59,695 nucleotides of DNA, taken from positions 1 to 59,695 of the forward strand of contig NEEC01000037.1 of NCBI GenBank assembly GCA_002189035.1, given 5' to 3'. Made by a program: the position numbers and the translations under genes. The notes under the pieces are model-generated. The model did not search any database, was not told the origin of the DNA, and saw only the letters and a list, made by a program, of their open reading frames with translations. Source of the stretch: Utricularia gibba (Eukaryota; Plantae; Magnoliophyta). Shown piece by piece: positions 54,383 to 59,695 of the stretch (position 1 is its first letter; every line of letters begins with the position of its first letter).

Positions 54383-56473
54383 TTGTCTTCAGACCGGAAT
54401 GTCCTTCTTCGAGGTTCACTTCATTGTGGTGCACTCGGGTTGTTCCGCTTGTATTTCCTCACGAGAGGAGATACGTTTGTGTCCTCCTTCACTTCATGGA
54501 AAGATGTGGGAGCACGCAGCAGATTATGGAGATTTGAAACAGAACACACATCACGAGGCAACCTAACGACGCAGCAACCAGCCCGACCTCGGTCTACCTG
54601 GAGCACCATCAATGAGCATGGCGTTGGAAGTGGCATACTCTACATGCAAAACGTAACCACCACCTCCTCTGACGTATGCTCGGTTCTCCTTGTAGGTGGA
54701 GTGGATGGTGGTCCCGATGACGCGCCTCCTACATGCACCTCGAACCACGCAGGTAATGCAAGCACACGCAACATCATGCGTCTTCACTCCACAGCAGGAG
54801 GCTCCATGCATGTTTCTAACAGCATCGATCATTCGCTCCCCTTCATTTCGAGCTTCACGAGATGGCTGGAATACCATCGAAACCCTGCATATCTTTCCTG
54901 GAGCACCCGCCCAAGTGCGACAAAGCTCCTATTTTCTTAGGACATCCGCGTCATGGCCATTCTTCGTCTCAACTTGTTTTCCCAGAGTGGGCTCGAAGGC
55001 GACGATCCGTTAACATGCAGCAAAGGAAGCCAACACTCGCCAACAGAAGGTCACGCTTTGCGGAAACCATGCTCTCTAAAAGGCATTGCATAACAATCCG
55101 AACGAGCTCACCAGCAGGAACTCAGGGAACGTGAGTTGGGACATGATGAAAGGGAAGTATGAGGCGAATTCGCATTCCAATGTTATCACTATTTGCGATC
55201 CCAAAATTGAATCCAAAAGTTCGTAGCAGAGAGGCTGCAAAAAACTACAGAAATCGGTTCTCGAAGGCCGTACCAGCATTCCAACATGAGGGGCACACGC
55301 AAAGGGATCCTTGGAGCAACAAACGGTGGTACGCATACGCGACCAGGGTTGCGCCCAAAGTCATCGATCCTGGATCGCGGCGTTGTGAACGTCGTTTTCA
55401 CAATCGTGTAGCTGTGTAGAACCATTCAAGCTGTAGAATGCAAGGTGCGCCTACATGTCCGGTGGTTCGAAGGAGCGTTCATCCGCATGAGGTTTCTGCG
55501 AGTCCAAGGGTTGGAATGCAGTCAATTAGCCATGGGAGTAAGAAAAAAAGACGAACAAGTCGAGAAACCCTCCAAAAGGGCGCGGTGTCTAGAACACCTC
55601 CTTTGAGAATGGAGGGCGGATGGAACTTGCTCCACATGCCGCGAATGGAGATATGCATACGAAAAAACACCAACATCGGGTCACCGACGTCGTTGCCAAG
55701 GAACTCTCTACAAGCACCGTGTGACGACCTCCTTTGCAGCTATTGGATCCCCCTGCGGAGTGTCTCCGTACCTCGAAAAAACGAGCTTTCTACGGTAGCT
55801 CGTTTTCAGGAGCGCATGGCTCTTGAAACTCAGCACATGGATTCGCAATGATGGCAAGGGAGAGCACGTCCAATGGCGTAGTTACCGCGCCGCAATCGCA
55901 TTCGAGGAGAAAAGAAGTTGTTTGGAAAAGAATTGGGCATCAAGGAAGACCGTTCAAATAGGCTCACGAAATTTGGAATTGGAGCAGCAGTACGTGTGAC
56001 TTGTGTTGCTCCACCATTATGTGCGTCGATGGGTGTAGCGTGTTTGCGCAGTTTCACAAGGATACAGGGTGGCGAACAGTAGTTTGCAATAAGCATGAAG
56101 CGGGGGTACCGCTTGTGCACAAAAAGCTATAAAAGCTGTCCTTGTATAATTTCCCATGGGTATGAACCAGGTGCCGGGTTCACACGCAAGCCTTCAGGTG
56201 AATCTACGTGACGATATTCATTCCAAGCTCCGTCGGATAGTGCCACCCTCGATAGCCAGCATATCAATGCTATCTTGACAGGCTGCTGACGGGAATCGAC
56301 AGTCCCCGAGCTCACTTTTTGCTACATGGATTTAAAGAAGTTGAGTAGCTTATGTTTGTATGCAGAACACGAGAAGTCCCCATCCGTCGCAGAAAAGGGG
56401 CGTGGATAGATGTGAGTGTTGCCACTCCCTTCTCTATGACCTTAAAATCGTGTATTTGTGTGCTTCTTGCGGT

Positions 56474-58465
56474 TTGTCTTCAGACCGGAATGTCCTTCTT
56501 CGAGGTTCACTTCATTGTGGTGCACTCGGGTTGTTCCGCTTGTATTTCCTCACGAGAGGAGATACGTTTGTGTCCTCCTTCACTTCATGGAAAGATGTGG
56601 GAGCACGCAGCAGATTATGGAGATTTGAAACAGAACACACATCACGAGGCAACCTAACGACGCAGCAACCAGCCCGACCTCGGTCTACCTGGAGCACCAT
56701 CAATGAGCATGGCGTTGGAAGTGGCATACTCTACATGCAAAACGTAACCACCACCTCCTCTGACGTATGCTCGGTTCTCCTTGTAGGTGGAGTGGATGGT
56801 GGTCCCGATGACGCGCCTCCTACATGCACCTCGAACCACGCAGGTAATGCAAGCACACGCAAACATCATGCGTCTTCACTCCACAGCAGGAGGCTCCATG
56901 CATGTTTCTAACAGCATCGATCATTCGCTCCCTTCATTTCGAGCTTCACGAGATGGCTGGAATACCATCGAAACCCTGCATATCTTTCCTGGAGCACCCG
57001 CCCAAGTGCGACAAAGCTCCTATTTTCTTAGGACATCCGCGTCATGGCCATTCTTCGTCTCAACTTGTTTTCCCAGAGTGGGCTCGAAGGCGACGATCCG
57101 TTAACATGCAGCAAAGGAAGCCAACACTCGCCAACAGAAGGTCACTTTGCGGAAACCATGCTCTCTAAAAGGCATTGCATAACAATCCGAACGAGCTCAC
57201 CAGCAGGAACTCAGGGAACGTGAGTTGGGACATGATGAAAGGGAAGTATGAGGCGAATTCGCATTCCAATGTTATCACTATTTGCGATCCCAAAATTGAA
57301 TCAAAAGTTCGTAGCAGAGAGGCTGCAAAAAACTACAGAAATCGGTTCTCGAAGGCCGTACCAGCATTCCAACATGAGGGGCACACGCAAAGGGATCCTT
57401 GGAGCAACAAACGGTGGTACGCATACGCGACCAGGGTTGCGCCCAAAGTCATCGATCCTGGATCGCGGCGTTGTGAACGTCGTTTTCACAATCGTGTAGC
57501 TGTGTAGAACCATTCAAGCTGTAGAATGCAAGGTGCGCCTACATGTCCGGTGGTTCGAAGGAGCGTTCATCCGCATGAGGTTTCTGCGAGTCCAAGGGTT
57601 GGAATGCAGTCAATTAGCCATGGGAGTAAGAAAAAAAGACGAACAAGTCGAGAAACCCTCCAAAAGGGCGCGGTGTCTAGAACACCTCCTTTGAGAATGG
57701 AGGGCGGATGGAACTTGCTCCACATGCCGCGAATGGAGATATGCATACGAAAAAACACCAACATCGGGTCACCGACGTCGTTGCCAAGGAACTCTCTACA
57801 AGCACCGTGTGACGACCTCCTTTGCAGCTATTGGATCCCCCTGCGGAGTGTCTCCGTACCTCGAAAAAACGAGCTTTCTACGGTAGCTCGTTTTCAGGAG
57901 CGCATGGCTCTTGAAACTCAGCACATGGATTCGCAATGATGGCAAGGGAGAGCACGTCCAATGGCGTAGTTACCGCGCCGCAATCGCATTCGAGGAGAAA
58001 AGAAGTTGTTTGGAAAAGAATTGGGCATCAAGGAAGACCGTTCAAATAGGCTCACGAAATTTGGAATTGGAGCAGCAGTACGTGTGACTTGTGTTGCTCC
58101 ACCATTATGTGCGTCGATGGGTGTAGCGTGTTTGCGCAGTTTCACAAGGATACAGGGTGGCGAACAGTAGTTTGCAATAAGCATGAAGCGGGGGGTACCG
58201 CTTGTGCACAAAAAGCTATAAAAGCTGTCCTTGTATAATTTCCCATGGGTATGAACCAGGTTCCGACAAAGCCTTCAGGTGAATCTACGTGACGATATTC
58301 ATTCCAAGCTCCGTCGGATAGTGCCACCCTCGATAGCCAGCATATCAATGCTATCACTTAGCACGAGAAGTCCCCATCCGTCGCAGAAGGGGCGTGGATA
58401 GATGTGAGTGTTGCCACTCCCTTCTCTATGACCTTAAAATCGTGTATTTGTGTGCTTCTTGCGGT
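56474..58465. repeat. Degenerate copy 28 (1,992 bp, net -100 bp)
   Basis: Changes: +1 A near 56861; -1 C near 56931; -2 near 57145; -1 C at 57302; 16 bp replaced by 8 bp at 58261-58268; 93 bp replaced by ACTTAG at 58356-58361; -2 A near 58387. These sum to -100, matching the observed period. Confidence 0.93.
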
Positions 58466-59695
58466 TTGTCTTCAGACCGGAATGTCCTTCTTCGAGGTTC
58501 ACTTCATTGTGGTGCACTCGGGTTGTTCCGCTTGTATTTCCTCACGAGAGGAGATACGTTTGTGTCCTCCTTCACTTCATGGAAAGATGTGGGAGCACGC
58601 AGCAGATTATGGAGATTTGAAACAGAACACACATCACGAGGCAACCTAACGACGCAGCAACCAGCCCGACCTCGGTCTACCTGGAGCACCATCAATGAGC
58701 ATGGCGTTGGAAGTGGCATACTCTACATGCAAAACGTAACCACCACCTCCTCTGACGTATGCTCGGTTCTCCTTGTAGGTGGAGTGGATGGTGGTCCCGA
58801 TGACGCGCCTCCTACATGCACCTCGAACCACGCAGGTAATGCAAGCACACGCAACATCATGCGTCTTCACTCCACAGCAGGAGGCTCCATGCATGTTTCT
58901 AACAGCATCGATCATTCGCTCCCCTTCATTTCGAGCTTCACGAGATGGCTGGAATACCATCGAAACCCTGCATATCTTTCCTGGAGCACCCGCCCAAGTG
59001 CGACAAAGCTCCTATTTTCTTAGGACATCCGCGTCATGGCCATTCTTCGTCTCAACTTGTTTTTCCCAGAGTGGGCTCGAAGGCGACGATCCGTTAACAT
59101 GCAGCAAAGGAAGCCAACACTCGCCAACAGAAGGTCACGCTTTGCGGAAACCATGCTCTCTAAAAGGCATTGCATAACAATCCGAACGAGCTCACCAGCA
59201 GGAACTCAGGGAACGTGAGTTGGGACATGATGAAAGGGAAGTATGAGGCGAATTCGCATTCCAATGTTATCACTATTTGCGATCCCAAAATTGAATGCAA
59301 AAGTTCGTAGCAGAGAGGCTGCAAAAAACTACAGAAATCGGTTCTCGAAGGCCGTACCAGCATTCCAACATGAGGGGCACACGCAAAGGGATCCTTGGAG
59401 CAACAAACGGTGGTACGCATACGCGACCAGGGTTGCGCCCAAAGTCATCGATCCTGGATCGCGGCGTTGTGAACGTCGTTTTCACAATCGTGTAGCTGTG
59501 TAGAACCATTCAAGCTGTAGAATGCAAGGTGCGCCTACATGTCCGGTGGTTCGAAGGAGCGTTCATCGGCATGAGGTTTCTGCGAGTCCAAGGGTTGGAA
59601 TGCAGTCAATTAGCCATGGGAGTAAGAAAAAAAGACGAACAAGTCGAGAAACCCTCCAAAAGGGCGCGGTGTCTAGAACACCTCCTTTGAGAATG

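Larger units (their letters stand above)
1..59695. repeat. Head-to-tail tandem array of a 2,092-bp unit, about 28.5 copies, filling the whole window
   Basis: Anchor TTGTCTTCAGACCGG starts copies at 1, 2092, 4183, 6275, 8366, 10457, 12549, 14641, 16733, 18825, 20917, 23009, 25101, 27193, 29285, 31377, 33469, 35561, 37653, 39745, 41837, 43929, 46021, 48113, 50205, 52297, 54383, 56474 and 58466 (last copy partial, 1,230 bp). Positions come from ORF-track spacing, spot-checked in the sequence. All copies are in the same orientation. Confidence 0.99.

Noticed and set aside
1-59695. Hundreds of ORFs in the track read as a gene-dense region
   Set aside because: They are about 14 short, mutually overlapping ORFs repeated per unit on both strands, with shadow-like composition and no recognisable domain. 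Novel ORFs in copies 28-29 (for example 57175-57507, 58779-59177) arise from indels.
1-59695. CRISPR array
   Set aside because: The period is 2,092 bp, there is no short repeat with variable spacers, and there are no cas genes.

Overview
The whole 59,695-bp window is one head-to-tail tandem array of a complex 2,092-bp unit (about 28.5 copies, roughly 50% GC), with no unique flank at either end. Copies 6-24 (10457-50204) have an exact 2,092-bp period and identical six-frame translations. The differences I found are confined to the ends: 1-bp indels and SNVs on the left, and larger lesions (6, 8 and 87 bp net) around 54.1-58.4 kb. Two sites each show three states (C, G, or a deleted base). I could not recognise any known protein family, rRNA, tRNA, snRNA, spliced leader, CRISPR, Rep gene, ribozyme or transposon terminus in the unit. 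The hundreds of ORFs in the track are about 14 short ORFs repeated, and most look like shadow ORFs. The simplest readings are (a) a homogenised, probably eukaryotic macrosatellite or cryptic ncRNA array, or (b) a concatemer or assembler unrolling of a 2.09-kb Rep-less circle; sequence alone cannot separate them. The best leads inside the unit are a k-turn/box C/D-like 69-nt element, a TATA-to-T5 hairpin-rich cassette where the large lesions cluster, two strong hairpins, and a 223-aa ORF with a CxxC-x12-CxxCG motif. All are hypotheses, not identifications. Motif coordinates are given for copy 1; each recurs in every intact copy.
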